A stretch of DNA of 64,000 nt, from positions 16,120,001-16,184,000 of the forward strand of contig NC_086108.1 of NCBI RefSeq assembly GCF_963921235.1, in the 5' to 3' direction. Of this stretch, positions 1 to 13,361 are shown piece after piece. Below the pieces are notes generated by a model. That model was not told the DNA's origin. It worked only from the letters and a program-made list of their open reading frames with translations, and did no database searches. Position numbers and translations under genes: made by a program. Every line of letters begins with the position of its first letter. Positions within the stretch are counted from its first letter, which is position 1. The stretch is from Mobula hypostoma (Eukaryota).

Positions 1-3000
1 CGCCCTCTTGTCCTAGACTCCCCCACCATGGGAAACATCCTTTCCACATCTACTCTATCTGGGCTTTTCAACATTCGAAAGGTTTCAATCAGATCCCCCC
101 TCATCCTTCTAAATTCCAGTCAGTACAGACCTAAAGCCATCAAGCATTCCTCAAATGATAACCCTTTCATAAATTGATTTCATCCTTGTGAACCTCCTCT
201 GAACTCTCTCCAATGTCAACGTATCTTTTCTTAGATGAGGAGCCAAAACCGTTCACAATAATCAAGGTGAGGCCTCACCAGTGACTTATACGCCTCAGCA
301 TCACATCCCTGCTCTTGTATGCCAGACATCTTCAAATGAATGCTAACATTGCATTTGCCTTCCTCACACTGACTCTACCTGCAAGTTAAAGTTTAGGGTG
401 TTCTGCACAAGGACGTCCAAGTCCCCTTGCATCTCAGATTTTTAGATTTTCTCCTCGTTTAGAAAAGAGTCTGCACATTTATTTCTACTATCAGAGTGCA
501 TGACCATGCATTTTCCAACATTGCATTTCAATTGCCACTTCCTCGCCCATTCTCCTCATCCAAGTCCTTCTGCAGCCTACCTGTTTCCTCAACACTACCT
601 GTCCCTCACTAATCTTCATATCATCTGCAAACCTGGCAGCAAAGCCATCATCTAAATCATTGATATACAGTAGAACACCAATAGTCATTTGCAGCCAACC
701 AGAAAAGGATCCTTTTATTCCTGCTTGCTGCCTCCTACCAATCAGCCAATGCTCTAACCATGCTAGTAACTTTCCTGTAATACCATGGGCTCTTAATTTG
801 GCAAACAAGTATAAGTCCAACCATACAACATCCACTGCATCCCCTTTATCTATCTCATGTGTAATCTCCTCAAAGAATTCCAACAGGTTTGTCGGTCAAG
901 TTTTTCCCTTAAGGAAACCATGCTAATTTTGTCCTATCTTGTTCTGGGTCACTAAGTACCCCATCCTTAACAATTGACTCCAACCACTGAGGTCAGGCTA
1001 ACTGGTCTATAATTTCCTTTCTGCTGCCTTCCTCCTTTCTTAAAGAGTAGAGTGACATTTGTAATTTTCCAGTCCTCTAGCACCATGCCAGAGTCCAATG
1101 ATTTTTGAAAGATCATTACTAATGTTTCCACAATCTCTGCCGCTACCTCTTTCAGAACTCTATGGTGCAGTTCAGCAGGTCCAGGTGACTTATGTACCCT
1201 TAGGTCTTTCAGCTTTTTGAGCTACTTCTCCCTTGTAATAGCAACTACACTCACTTCTCTTCCCTCACACCGTTCAACATCTGGCACACTGCTAGTGTCT
1301 TCCACAGTGAAGACAGATGCAAAATGTTCATTTAGTTCATCTGCCATCCCCTTGGCCCTCGTTATTATTTCTCCAGACTCATTTTCTAGAGGTGTTATAT
1401 CCACCCTCATCTCTCTTTTATTTTTTACATACTTGAAGAAGCTTTTACTATCCACTTTGATATTGTTTGCTAGCTTGCTTTCATATTTCATCTTTTCCCT
1501 CCTGATAATTCTTCTAGTTGCTCTCTGTAGGGTTTTAAGAGCTTCCCAATCATCTATCTTCTCACTAATTTTTGCTCTCTCTTGTGCTTTTACATTATCT
1601 TTGACTTCCCTTGTCAGCCACAGTTGTATTATTTTGCCATTTGAGTAGTTCTTCAGTTTTGGAATACATCTATTCTGAACCTTCCTCATTTTCCCCAGAA
1701 ATTACTACCATTGCTGCTCTGTTGACATCCCTGCCAGCAGCTCCTTCCAATTTACTTTGGCCAACTCCTCTCTCATACCAACTGTAATTTCCTTTACTCC
1801 ACTGAAGTACTGCTATGTCAGACTTCACTTTCTCCCTATCAAATTTCAAGTTGAACACAATCATATTGTGATCACTAAGGGTTCTTTTACCTCAAGCTTC
1901 CTAATCACCTTTGGTTCATTACATAACATCAGTATAGCTGATCCCCTAGTAGGCTCAATGACAAACCGCTCCAAAAGCCATCTTGCAAGCATTCAACAAA
2001 CTCACTCTCTTGAGATTTCCAACCTGATTTTCCCAATCGACCTGCATGTTGAATTCTCCCATGACTTTTTGACATGCATTTTCTATTTCCTGTTGTAATC
2101 CGTGATCCACATCCCAGCCACCATTGAAAGGCCGGTATATGACTGCCATCAGGGTCCTTTCACCCTTGCAGCTTCTTAACTCAGCGCACAAGGTTTCAAC
2201 ATCTTCCGATCCTATGTCACACCTTTCTACTGATATGATGACATTCTTTACTAGCAGTGCCACGCCACCCCCTCTGCCTACCTTCCTACCCCTCCAATAC
2301 AATGTGTAAACTTGGATGTTCATCTCCCAACTACAACCATCCTTCAGCCGTGATTCAGTGATGGCCATAACATCATACCCAACAATCTGCAAAAAAGCAA
2401 AAAGATCATCCACCTTACTTCTTATACTCCGTGCATTGATATGTAACACTTTGAGTACTGTATTTGTTACCCTTTTTGATTCTGCATCCCTAATGCACTG
2501 ATACTCACCCTGCTGGCTACAATTATGTCCTATCATCTGCCTGCCCTTCCTGACAGACTTTAACATCCATCCTATCCTGAGTCCCTTAACTCCAGTTCCA
2601 TCTCTGTCAAATTATGTTAAACCCTCCCCAACAGCTGTAACAAACCTGCCCTGAGAATATTGGTTCCCCTCGGGTTCAGATACAACCCATCATATTTGAA
2701 CAGGATATGCCTCCCCAGAAGATATCCAGTGATCCAAGAACCTGCAGACCTGTCCCCTGCAGCAGCTTCTCAGCCACTAATTGATCTGTCAAATCATCCC
2801 ATTCCAAACCTTCACAAGCACATGGCAGCAAACCAGCAATTACTAACCTGGAAGTCCTGCTTCTCAGCTTTCTACCTAGCTCTCTAAATTCTTTTTTCAG
2901 GACCATTTTGCTTTTACTTCCTATGTCATTGGTACAATATGGACCAAGACATCTGGCTGCTCTCCCTCCCACTCGAAAATGTTGTGGACGTGATACGAGG

Positions 3001-3370
3001 CATCCCTAACCCTGGCACCTAGAAAGCAACATACCATCCGGGTGTCCCACTCACCTCCGCAGAATCTCCCGCCTGTTCCCCTGACTACTGAGTCCCCTAT
3101 CACTACCGCTCTCCTCTTCTCCCTCTTTCCCTTCTGCACCACGGACCCGTGCTCAGTGCCAGTAGCTCAGTCTCCATGGCATTCCCCTGAGAGGTCACCC
3201 CCCCACAACAGTATCCAAAACGGTATACTTATTATTGAAGGGAATGGCCACAGGGGCGTTCTGCCTGAAATTTCTGCTAAAACAGTCAACCAGCTATTTG
3301 CCTCCCGCAACTTCAGGGTGACTACTTCCCTGAAACCCTAACCAATTATCTCCTCACTCTCCCGTACAAG
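1..3370 (-). mobile_element. Degenerate near-full-length CR1 LINE (ORF1 esterase, APE endonuclease, RT); 3' end runs off the window
   Basis: Fragments VVIGDSVVRG (ORF1 SGNH), LHINARSIRSK and AITES (EN), YINDLDDG/FADD (RT); many stops and frameshifts. Confidence 0.9.
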
Positions 3371-3411
3371 CTGAAGGTTGCTGAAGAGATTGTGAAGGCA
3401 TTAGTAATGAT

Positions 3412-3842
3412 AACATAGAATAGTACAGCACAGTACAGGCCCTACGGCCCACATTGTTGTGCCGACCCTCAAACCCTGCTTCCCATATAACCCCCCACCT
3501 TAAATTCTAGTAGTCTCTTAAATTTCACTAGTGTATCTGTCTCCACCACTGACTCAGGCAGTGCATTCCATGCACCAACCACTCTCTGAGGTAAAACCAT
3601 CCTCTAATATCCCCCTTGAACTTACCTTAAAGCCATGTCCTCTTGTATTGAGCAGTAGTGCCCTGGGGAAGAGGCGCTGGCTGTCCACTCTATCTATTCC
3701 TCTTGATATCTTGTATACCTCTATTATGTCTCCTCTCATCCTCCTTCTCTTCAAAATGTAAAGCCCTAGCTCCCTTAATCTCTGATCATAATCCATACTC
3801 TCTAAACCAGGCAGCATCCTGGTAAATCTCCTCCCTACCCTG
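3412..3842 (-). mobile_element. CR1 3' fragment
   Basis: MLPGLESMDYDQRLRELGLY..RRRMRGD..NTRGHGFK plus 3' UTR; same subfamily as 5852-6607. Confidence 0.9.
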
Positions 3843-4896
3843 TCTAGACAGCAAGATCTTCTGGAAATGCTTCAAGATCTTGACATAGATGGGAAAGATA
3901 TACGTTTCTTAAGAAACTTATACTGGGACCAGACAGCATCCATCAGAATAGAAGGAGAAGTGAGTGAGTATGTGAATATCATGAGAGGAGTCAGGCAAGG
4001 TTGTGTCTTTTCGCCAGACTTATTCAACCTGTATAGTGAAAATATCTTGGAAGTATCAAAGACATCAAAGGATTAACAGTTGGAGGCCATAATATAAATA
4101 ACATCAGATATGCTGATGACATCGTACTAATAGCTGACTCAGAAACAAAACTTCAAGAACTACTCACTATAGTGACAGCAGAAAGTAATCGCAGAGCCCT
4201 CTCAATCAACACCATGAAGACGGAAAGCATAGTCATCTCCAGACAGACAAACATCCCACAATGTGCGATCAAGATCGGAAATACAAACATCAAACAAGTC
4301 AACAAATTCAGATATCTCGGCAGCTTAATAACAAGTAACGGCAGGTGTGACACAGGTATCAAATACAGAATAGCAATGGCGAAAGAAGCTTTCCAAAAAA
4401 TAAAGACCATATTAACAGACAGAAAGATGAGCACGCACACTAAAAACAGAATACTGCAGTGCTACATTTATTCTATCCTGACTTATGGAAGTGAATGCTG
4501 GACCATTTCTCCAGCAATGGAAAAGAGACTAGAAGCAGCTGAATTATGGTTCTACAGGAGAATGTTAAAAATATCATGGACCACACACACATCAAATGAA
4601 GAAGTTCTCAGAAGAGTCCAAGCAGTTTGATCACTCATACCAACAATAAGAGAAAGCCATCTCAGATTCCTAGGACACATCATGTGGAAAGATGAACTAG
4701 AAAAACTCATACTCTCTGGAAAGATTGAGGGGAGTAAGCCTAGAGGAAGACCTCGGCTTATGTACATCAGAAGCATAGCCAGGTGGCTACACATCGAGGA
4801 AATGGAAGTCATCCAAAAAACAAAGGATAGATCTATACGGAAAACCATGGTCACCAAAGTCTGCATCGGATATGGTACCTAGACAGACAGACAGAC
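3843..4896 (+). mobile_element. 5'-truncated RTE-clade LINE with (GACA)n tail
   Basis: RGVRQGCVFSPDLFNLYSE, NNIRYADD, FRYLGSLIT, ILTYGSECWT, GKIEGSKPRGRPR; tail agacagacagacagaca at 4881-4897. Confidence 0.88.
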
Positions 4897-4934
4897 ATTA
4901 AGTTCTCCCTTAAACTTAACTAGTGTATCTGCCT

Positions 4935-5850
4935 AACTGACTTGGATGAGGAAGTGGAAGGGTGAGTTAGTAAGTCTGTAGATGAAATGAAGGTTGGTGG
5001 AGTTATGAATAGTCTGGAGGATAGTTGTAGGTTGCAGCAAGACTGTCAGGTTATAAAACGGGGTAGAGAAGTGGCAGATGGAGTTCAACCTAGAAAAATG
5101 TGAAATAATTCATTTTGGAAGGTTGAATTTGAAAGCAGTATACAGGGTTATGGCAGGATGCTTGGCAGTGTAGAGGAACTGAAGGATCTAGGGGGTCATG
5201 TCTATAGTTCCCTCAAAATTGCGTCGCAAGTTGTTAGAGTTGTTAAGAAGACGTGGTGTGTTGACCTTCATTAGTTCTGGAATAGTGTTCGAGAGCCATG
5301 AAGTAATGTTGTAGCCCTGTAACACCCTAGTTAAACCACACTTGGAATATTGTGTTCAGTTCTGGTCGCCTCATTGTAAGAAGGATGTGGAAGCTTTAGA
5401 GAGGGTGCAGAGGAAATTTGCCGGGATACTACCTGGAATAGAGGGCATTTCTTATGAAAGTAGGTTAAGTGGGCTAGGAATTTCTCTTTGGAGTAAAGGA
5501 CGATGAGAGAAGACTTCATAAAGGTGTACAAGATGATGAGAAGCATAGATCAAATATATAGTCGGAGACTTTTCCCAGGATGCAAATGGCTAATACAAGT
5601 GGGCTTAATTTTAAGGTGATTGGAGGAAAATATAAGAGGGATGTCAGAGGTAAGTTTTTTTTTTATTTTGAGGGTCATAGATGTGTGGAACCAGGGATGG
5701 TGGTAGAGGCAGATTCATTTGGGGCATATAAGAAAAATAGATAGGCAATGTGTGATAGAGAAATGGGGGGCTATGTAGAAGGGAAGGGTTAGATTGATCT
5801 TAGAGTAGGATAAAAGGTTGGCACAACATTGTGGGCTGAAGGGGCTGTAT
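4935..5850 (+). mobile_element. Old, diverged CR1 3' half
   Basis: Decayed DLDEEVEG, PHLEYCVQFWSP and KDVEALERVQR motifs; CR1-type 3' UTR. Confidence 0.8.
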
Positions 5851-5851
5851 T

Positions 5852-6607
5852 AGAAATAGAAATAGAATAGTACTGCACAGTACAAGCCCTTCAGCCCACA
5901 ATATTGTGCCGACCTTCAAACCCTGCCTCCTATATAAACCCCCACCTTAAATTCCTCCATATACCTGTCTAGCAGCCTCTTAAACTTCACTAGTGTATCT
6001 GCCTCCACCACTGACTCAGACAGTGCATTCCATGCACCAACCACTCTCTGAGTAAAAAGCCTTCCTCTAATATCTCCCTTGAACTTCCCACCCCTTACCT
6101 TAAAGCCATGTCCTCTTGTATTGAGCAGTGGTGCCCTGAAGAAGAGGCGCTGGCTGTCTACTGTATCTATTCCTCTTAATATCATGTCTCCTCTCCAAAG
6201 AGTAAAGCCCTAGCTCCCTTAATCTCTGATCATAATGCATACTTTCTAACCAGGCAGCATCCTGGTAAATCTCCTCTGTACCCTTTCCAATGCTTCCACA
6301 TCCTTCCTATAGTGAGGCGACCAGAACTGGACACAGTACTCCAAGTGTGGCCTAACCAGAGTTTTATAGAGCTGTATCATTACATTGCGACTCTTAAACT
6401 CTATCCCTTGACTTATGAAAGCTAACACCCCATAAGCTTTCTTAACTACCCTATCTACCTGTGAGGCAACTTTCAGGGATCTGTGGACATGTACCCCCAG
6501 ATCCCTCTGCTCTTCCACACTACCAAGTATCCTGCCATTTACTTTGTACTCTGCCTTGGAGTTTGTCCTTCCAAAGTGTATCACCTCACACTTCTCCGGG
6601 TTGAACT
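5852..6607 (-). mobile_element. 5'-truncated CR1 with (TTTCTA)n-like tail
   Basis: HFGRTNSKAEY...RPHLEYCVQFWSPHYRKDVEALERVQRRFTRMLPG. Confidence 0.92.
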
Positions 6608-8430
6608 TTTAAGAATCACCAGATTCTGGAATAGTTCCAGAAGACTGGAACATTGCAAATGTCACTCTACTCTTCAAGAGGAGAGAGAGGCAGAAAAAGG
6701 AGATTATTGGCCAGTTAGTCTGACCTCAGTGGTTGGTAAGATGTTGGAGTCGATTGTTAAGGATGTGGTTTTATGGTACTTGGAGGCACGTGATAAAATA
6801 GGCCATAGTCAGCATGGTTTCCACAAGGGAAAATCTTGCCTGACAAATCTGTTGGAATTCTTTGAAAAAATAACAAGCAGGATAGACAAAGAAGAACTAG
6901 TTAATGTTGTGTATTTGGATATTCAGAGGGCCTTGGACAAGGTGCCACACATGAAGCTGCTTAACAAGCCCATGATATTACAGGAGAGATTCCAGCATGG
7001 ATAAAGCAGTGGCTGACTGGCAGGAGGCAAAGAGTGGGAATAAAAGGAGCCTTTTTTGGTTGACTGCCAGTGGCTAGTGGTGTTTCACAGTGGCCTGTAT
7101 GGGGACCGATTCTTTTTATGTTATATGTTAATGATTTGGATGATGGAATTGATGGCTTTGTTGCAAAGTTTGCAGACAATATGAAGATAGACGGAGGGGC
7201 AGGTCATTTTGAGGAAGTAGAGAGGCTACAGAAGAACTTAGACAGATCAGGAGAATGGGCAAAGAGTTAGCAGATGGAATATAGCACCTGGAAGTGTATG
7301 GTCATGTACTTTGGTAGAATTGAAAGGGTTGTCTATTTTCAAAATGGAGAGAAAATGGGGGACACCTCCCTCTCCCTTGCCAGGGAGAGAGAGAATCTGT
7401 GGTTTGTCAAGTGTGGATGAAATGCGAAGCCTTTGGGGTAACTTTGGTCTGTGTCTTTGCTGTTGCTTAGCACACGCTTGGGTTCAGTGATGGTACTGAT
7501 GCGCCTGTTTTTGCTGGTGGGGGGAGGGGGATTGTTGCTTGCTGCTGCTTACGTGCTGGAGGGGGGACTTTGGGGGTCTCACGTTTAATTGTCATTCATT
7601 CTTTGGGGCACGTCTCTGTTTTTGTGGATGTTTGTGAAGAAAAAACATTTCAGTATGTACATTGTATACATTTCTCTGACATTAAATTCAACCTTTGAAC
7701 CTTTAAATACAAAAAACTGAGGCGAAAAGGAACTTGGGAGTGCTTACACAGGATTCCCTAAAGGTTAATTTGCAGGTTGAGTCAGTGGTGAGGAAGGTAA
7801 ATGCAATGTTAGCATTCATTTCAAGAGGACTAGAATATAAAAGCAAGGATGTAATGTTGAGACTTTATAACGCAATGCTGAGGCCTCACTTGGAGTATTG
7901 TGAGCAGTTTTGCACCTCTTACCTTAGAAGAGATATGCTGAATTTGGAGAGATTCAAAGGAGGTTCACAAAAATGATTCCAGGATTGAATCACTTGTCAT
8001 ATGAAGAACATTTCATGGCTCTGGGCCCCTGTTCACTAGAATTCAGGAGAATAAGGGGTGACCTAACTGAAACCTACTGAATGGTGAAAGGCCTTGACAG
8101 AGTGGATTTGGAGAGGATGTTTCCTATGGTGGGAGAGTCTAAGACCAGAGCACACAGCCTCAGAATAGAGGGGCATCCTTTAGAACAGTGATGAGAAGGT
8201 ATTTCTTTAGCCAGAGAGTGGTGAATCTGTGGAATTTGTTGCCACAGACAGCTGTGGATGCCAAGTCTGTATATATATTTAAGGCAGAGGTTGATAGATT
8301 CTTGACTGGTCAGGGCATGAAGGGATACGGGAAGTAGGCAGAAGATTGAAGCTGAGAGAGAAAATGGATCAGCCATGATGAAATAGTGGAGTAGACTTGA
8401 TGGCCTAATTCTGCTCCTATGTTTATGGAT
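6606..8430 (+). mobile_element. CR1 ORF2 (tether-RT) to 3' end, decayed; its upstream part lies at 3370-3411
   Basis: PVSLTSVVGKMLE, SQHGFHKGKSCLTNLLEFFE, YVNDLDDG..KFAD, RPHLEYC. Confidence 0.9.
7357..7703 (+). mobile_element. Non-coding interspersed repeat with LINE-like tail (ACCTTTGA)n, inserted in CR1
   Basis: Splits CR1 at GAGAAAAT/AAATACAA. Shares its 3' ~150 bp (gtcattcattctttggggca...ctgacattaaat) with 42524-42826 and 44290-44599. Confidence 0.7.
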
Positions 8431-8439
8431 ATCTATAAA

Positions 8440-9032
8440 AAGAGTAGAGATCGTTGCTATGTCTCTAGCTACAGGAGATGGGTGGGGTATTTTATGAATA
8501 TTTCTCCTATGTGTTTACTTAGCAGAAAAACATGGTTGCTCAAGCGAAAAGGGACACAAGTGAAGAAGTTTTGGAGGATAGTTATATTACCAGGGAGAAG
8601 GTATCTGCAACATTATCATACACTAAGGTGGATAACTCCCCAGAGCCTCAACAAGTGCATCCTCATACTTTGTGGAAGGCTAGAGAAGAAACTGTGGAGA
8701 CCCTTGGGAAAATATTCACTTCCTTATTAGATGGTTAAGTTCACAAAGACTGGAAGGTGGATAATGTTGCTCTATTGTTTATGAAGGGTAGCAAGGACAA
8801 GTGAAGGGACTACAGGCCTGAAGTCAGTAGTGGGGAAGTTACTGGAGGGAATTCTGAGGGCCAGGATCTACCAGCATTAGGACAGATGGAATCTGATTAG
8901 GAGGAGTCGGCAGAGCTTCATGGAAAATCGTGCTTAACAAATCTCGTAGAATTCTTTGAAGAGGTAACCAAAGGTGTCGATGAAGGTAGGGCACTGGGTG
9001 TTGTCTAACTGAACTGCAACAAGGGCTTAGAT
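8440..9032 (+). mobile_element. Old CR1 tether/RT fragment
   Basis: KVDNSPEP, DWKVDNVA and KSCLTNLVEFFEEV remnants. Confidence 0.75.
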
Positions 9033-11841
9033 GAGCAGCAATCCGGGCATCGGAAGTTTGGAGAGGAGGGGACTTCAATCTGGTCCGGAGCCTGAGGATA
9101 AAAGGCAGCAGCGGGTCACGGCAGCAAAAAAGAGCTTTGACCAGCGACCAGTTGGCATTTGAGATTGATTAGTAGGTGCAAATTAAAGGAAGACAGTGGC
9201 AAGCACAGTGGACTTCGTCAGAGTGGACAGAGTCAGAGTGGTGATCTTGAGGCTTCAGCTCTTCAGTGAAGAGAGGCTTCAGTCAGAGAAAGCAAAGGAT
9301 AGGAAAGAAAAGCTCAGGTTTTTTCCTTCCTTTCTTCATATCTGCTCAGCTAGGACAGTTGAGATGCCGGCAGGATAGCTGAATGCTCCTCTTGCTGGAT
9401 GTGGGAAGGAAGGGAGACCTTCAGTGTCCCTGACGACTACAACTGCGAGAAGTGCATCCAGCTGCAGCTTCCAACAAACTGCATTAAGGAGTTGGAGCTG
9501 GAACTGAATGAACTCCAAATCATTCGGGAGGCTGAGGGGGTGATAGATAGGACATATAGAGAGGTAGTTACACCCAAGATGCAGGACACAGGAAATTGGG
9601 TGACAGGAAGGGGAAGGGAATAAGGAGCTAGTGCAGAATACTCGTGTGGCAATCACCCTCAACAACAGGTATATCACCCTGAATACTGTCGGGGGTATTA
9701 CCTAACAGAGGAAAGTCACAGTGGTCAAATCTCTGGTACTGAGTCTGCCTCTGTGACTCAGAAGGGAAGGTGGGGGGGGGGCGGGGGAGAAGAGGCATGC
9801 TGTAGTGATAGGGGATCTATTAGTTAGGGGAAAGGACAGGAGGTTCTGTGGGTGAGAACGAGATTTCCAGATGGTATGTTGCCTCCCAGGTGCCAAGGTC
9901 TGAGATATTTTGGATTGAGTCCTCAGCATTCTTAAGTAGGAGGGTGAACAGCCAAAGGGACCAATGACATGGGTAGGACTAGTGATGAGGTTCTGCTTAG
10001 GGAGTTCAGGGAGTCAGGTGCTAAGTTAAAGGGCAGGATCTTCAAGGTTGTGATTTCAGGATTGCTACCCATGCCACGTGCTAGTGAGGCCAGAACTGGG
10101 AAGATTATAAAGTTTAACATGAGGCTAAGAAATTGGTGTAGGAGGGAGGGCATCAGACTTTTGGATCATTGGGCTCTCTTTCACGGAAGGTGGGACCCGG
10201 ACAGAAGGGACAGTTCGCACCTGAACTGGAGGGGGACTAATACCCAGGCGGAAAGGTTTGTTAATGCTACACGGTGGGGTTTAAACTAGAGTTGCAAGGA
10301 GATGGGAACCAGAGTGCCAAAACAGTTAGTGGAGAGGTTGTGGAGGCAAATGTTGGTAAGACCTCAGACAAAGTTAGGAATCAAAAGGCTGAGCATGGTG
10401 CGACTAGTGCCCTGAGCTGCTTATATTTCAATACAAGAAGTGTTGTAGGAAAGGGGGATGATAGTGCTGAAGATGAGGCAGCTGGTTTACTAACAGAGAA
10501 GAGAGGCTGTTGATAGGGCAAAATTGCAGTCAACAGGATGAGTTTCAATGTAAAAGGGAGACAAAATTGAAAAGGGTGAATACAGGACTGAAGGTGTTGT
10601 ATTTGAATGTGTGTAGTATACGGAATGAGTTCGATGAACTTGCAGCACAGTTGCAGATTGGCAGGTATGATGTTGTAGACATCATTGAATCATGGCTGAA
10701 AGATTATAGCTGGGTGATGTGCAATGAACTAAAATTAATTAGAGACCTTAGGAGCAGGTGATCATAATATGATCTAATTCACCTTGAATTTTGAGGAGAT
10801 GATAAAGTCAGATGTATCAATATTACAGTGGAGTAAAGGGAATTAGAGGGATGACAGAAGAGTTGGCCAGAATTGATTGGAAAAGAACACTGGCAGGGAT
10901 GATGGCAGAGCAGCAATGGCTGGAATTTCTGGAAGCAATTTGGAAGTCACAGGATATATATACGTACATACACACAAGGAAGAAGTATTCTAAAGGAAAG
11001 ATGACACAACCGTGGCTAACAAGAGAAGTCAAAACCTACATAAAAGCCAAAGAGAGGGCATATAATAGAAGAAAAATTGGTGGGAAGTTAATGTATTGGG
11101 AAGCTTCCAAAAAGCAACAGAAGGCAACTAAAAAGCTCATTAAAAAGGTAAAGATGGAATACGAATGTAAGCTAGCCAATAGTATTAAAAAAGGACACCA
11201 AAAGTTTCTTCAGATACATAAAGGGTAAAACAGAGGTGAGAGTGGATATTGGACAGCTGGAAAATTATGCTGGAGAGATAGTAATGGGGAACTAGGAAAT
11301 GGCAGATGAACTGAATAAATATTTTATGTCAGTCTTCACGGTGGAAGATACCAGCAGTATGGTGGAAGTTCCAGGTGTTGGGGAATGGAGTGTTTGAAGC
11401 TACCATAACTAGAGAGAGGGTTCTTGGGAAACTGAAATGTCTGAAGGTAGATAAGTCACCAGTGTACACCCCAGGGTTCTGAAAAGAGATGGGTGAAGAG
11501 ATCATGGAGGGGTTAGTTAATCATCTTTCAAAAATCACTAGATTCTGAAATGGTTCCAGAAGACTGAAAAATTGCAAATGTCACCCCACTCTTCAAGAAG
11601 GGAGAGGCAGAAGAAAGGAAACTATAGGCCAATTAGTCTGACCCTAGTGGTTGGGAAGATGTTGGAGTCGATTATTAAGGATGAGATCTCAGGGTACTTG
11701 GAGGTACATGATAAAATAGGCCACAGTCAGCATGGTTTCCTCAAGGGAAAACCTTGCTTGACAAATCTGTTGGAATTCTTTGAAGAAATAACAAGCAGGA
11801 TAGACAAAGGAGAATTGGTTGATGTTGTGTACTTGGATTTT
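9033..11841 (+). mobile_element. CR1 with 5' UTR, ORF1 (Zn finger/leucine zipper + SGNH esterase) and partial ORF2; 3'-truncated
   Basis: CSSCWMWE...CEKCIQLQL, LELELNEL, VIGDLLVRG, YLNVCSIRN, GNYRPISLT, CLTNLLEFFE; ends at VVYLDF. Confidence 0.9.
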
Positions 11842-13086
11842 CATCATGGCTGATCCAATTTTCTTCTCAGCCCCAATCTCCTGCTTTCTCCCTTCTCGTC
11901 ATGACCAATAAAGAATCTATCTACCTCTGCCTTAAATATTCATAAAGACTTGGCTTCCACAGCTGCCTGTGGCAAAGAATTCCACAGATTCACCACGATC
12001 TGGCTAAAGAAATTCCTCCCCATCTCCATTCTAAAAGGATGTCCCTCTATTCTGAGGCTGTGCCTTCAGGTCTTAGACTCTCCCACCATAGGAACTATTC
12101 TCTTCACACCCATTTTCACCATTCAATAGGTTTTAATTAGGTCATCCCTCATTCTTCTAAATTCTAGTGAATAGAGGCCCAGAGCCATAAAACACTCCTC
12201 ATATGACAAGCCATTTAATCCTGGAATCATTTCCGTGAACCTCATTTGAACCCTCTGCAGTTTCAGCACATCCTTTCTAAGATAAAGGGCCCAAAACTGC
12301 TCACAGTGCTCCAAGTGAGGCCTTACCAGTGCTTTATAAAGTTTCAACATTACATCCTTGCTTTTATACTCTAGTCCTCTTGAAATGAATGCTAACATTG
12401 CAATTGCCTTCCTCAACACAGACTCAAACTGCAAATTAACCTTTAGGGAATATCGCACAAGGACTTCTAAGTCCTTTGCACCTCAGATTTTTGTATTTTC
12501 TCTCATTTAGAAAACAGTCCACCCTTTCATTTCTTTGACCACAGCATGACCATACACTTCTCAACACTGTATTTCATCTGCCATTTCTTTGCCCATTCTC
12601 CTAATCTGTCTAAGTCCTTCTATAGCCTCTCCACTTCCTCAAAACTACCAGCCCCTCCACCTACCTTCATACCTACATGCAACAAGGTCATCAATTCCAT
12701 CATCTAAATCATTGACATGTAATGTAAAAAGGAATCGGTACCAACACAGACCCCGGCACCGTCACCGTCAACGCGTCACCGGCAGACAGCCAGAAAAGGC
12801 TCCTTTTATATCCTCTCTTTGTCTCCTGCCAATCAGCCACCACTTTATCTGTGCTAGATTCTTTCCTGTAATACCATGGCTTGTAAGCAGTCTCATGTGT
12901 GGCACCTTCTCACCTTGTTCTTCTGAAAATGCAAGTACAGAACATCAACCTTTGTCTATCCTGCTTGTTATTTCTTCAAAGAATTCCAGCAGATTTGTCA
13001 GGCAAGATTTTCCCTCAAGGAAACCATGCTGACTATGGGCTATTTTATCACGTGCATCCAAGTACCCTGAGAGCTCATCCTTGATA
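11842..13086 (-). mobile_element. CR1 RT-to-3' half
   Basis: QHGFLEGKSCLTNLLEFFE through RPHLEHCEQFW and 3' UTR. Confidence 0.88.
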
Positions 13087-13361
13087 ATGGAAGAGTACAG
13101 AAAAGATTTACAAGGATGTTGCTGGACTTGAGAGCTTCAGTTACAGGGAGAGGTTGTCCAGAATATAGAACTCAATTCCTTGGAACTCAGGAGAATGAGG
13201 TTTGACCTCACAGATGTGTTTAAAATTACGAGAAGCATTGGTTCCAGTGACGTCATTGTCCAGAATAGCAGCTTAAATCAATAGCTCCTCCGGAAAAACG
13301 CATATTTTTTGCCCCATTAATCCATCAAATGTAAGATCTTCAAAAAATATCTGAATTGATA

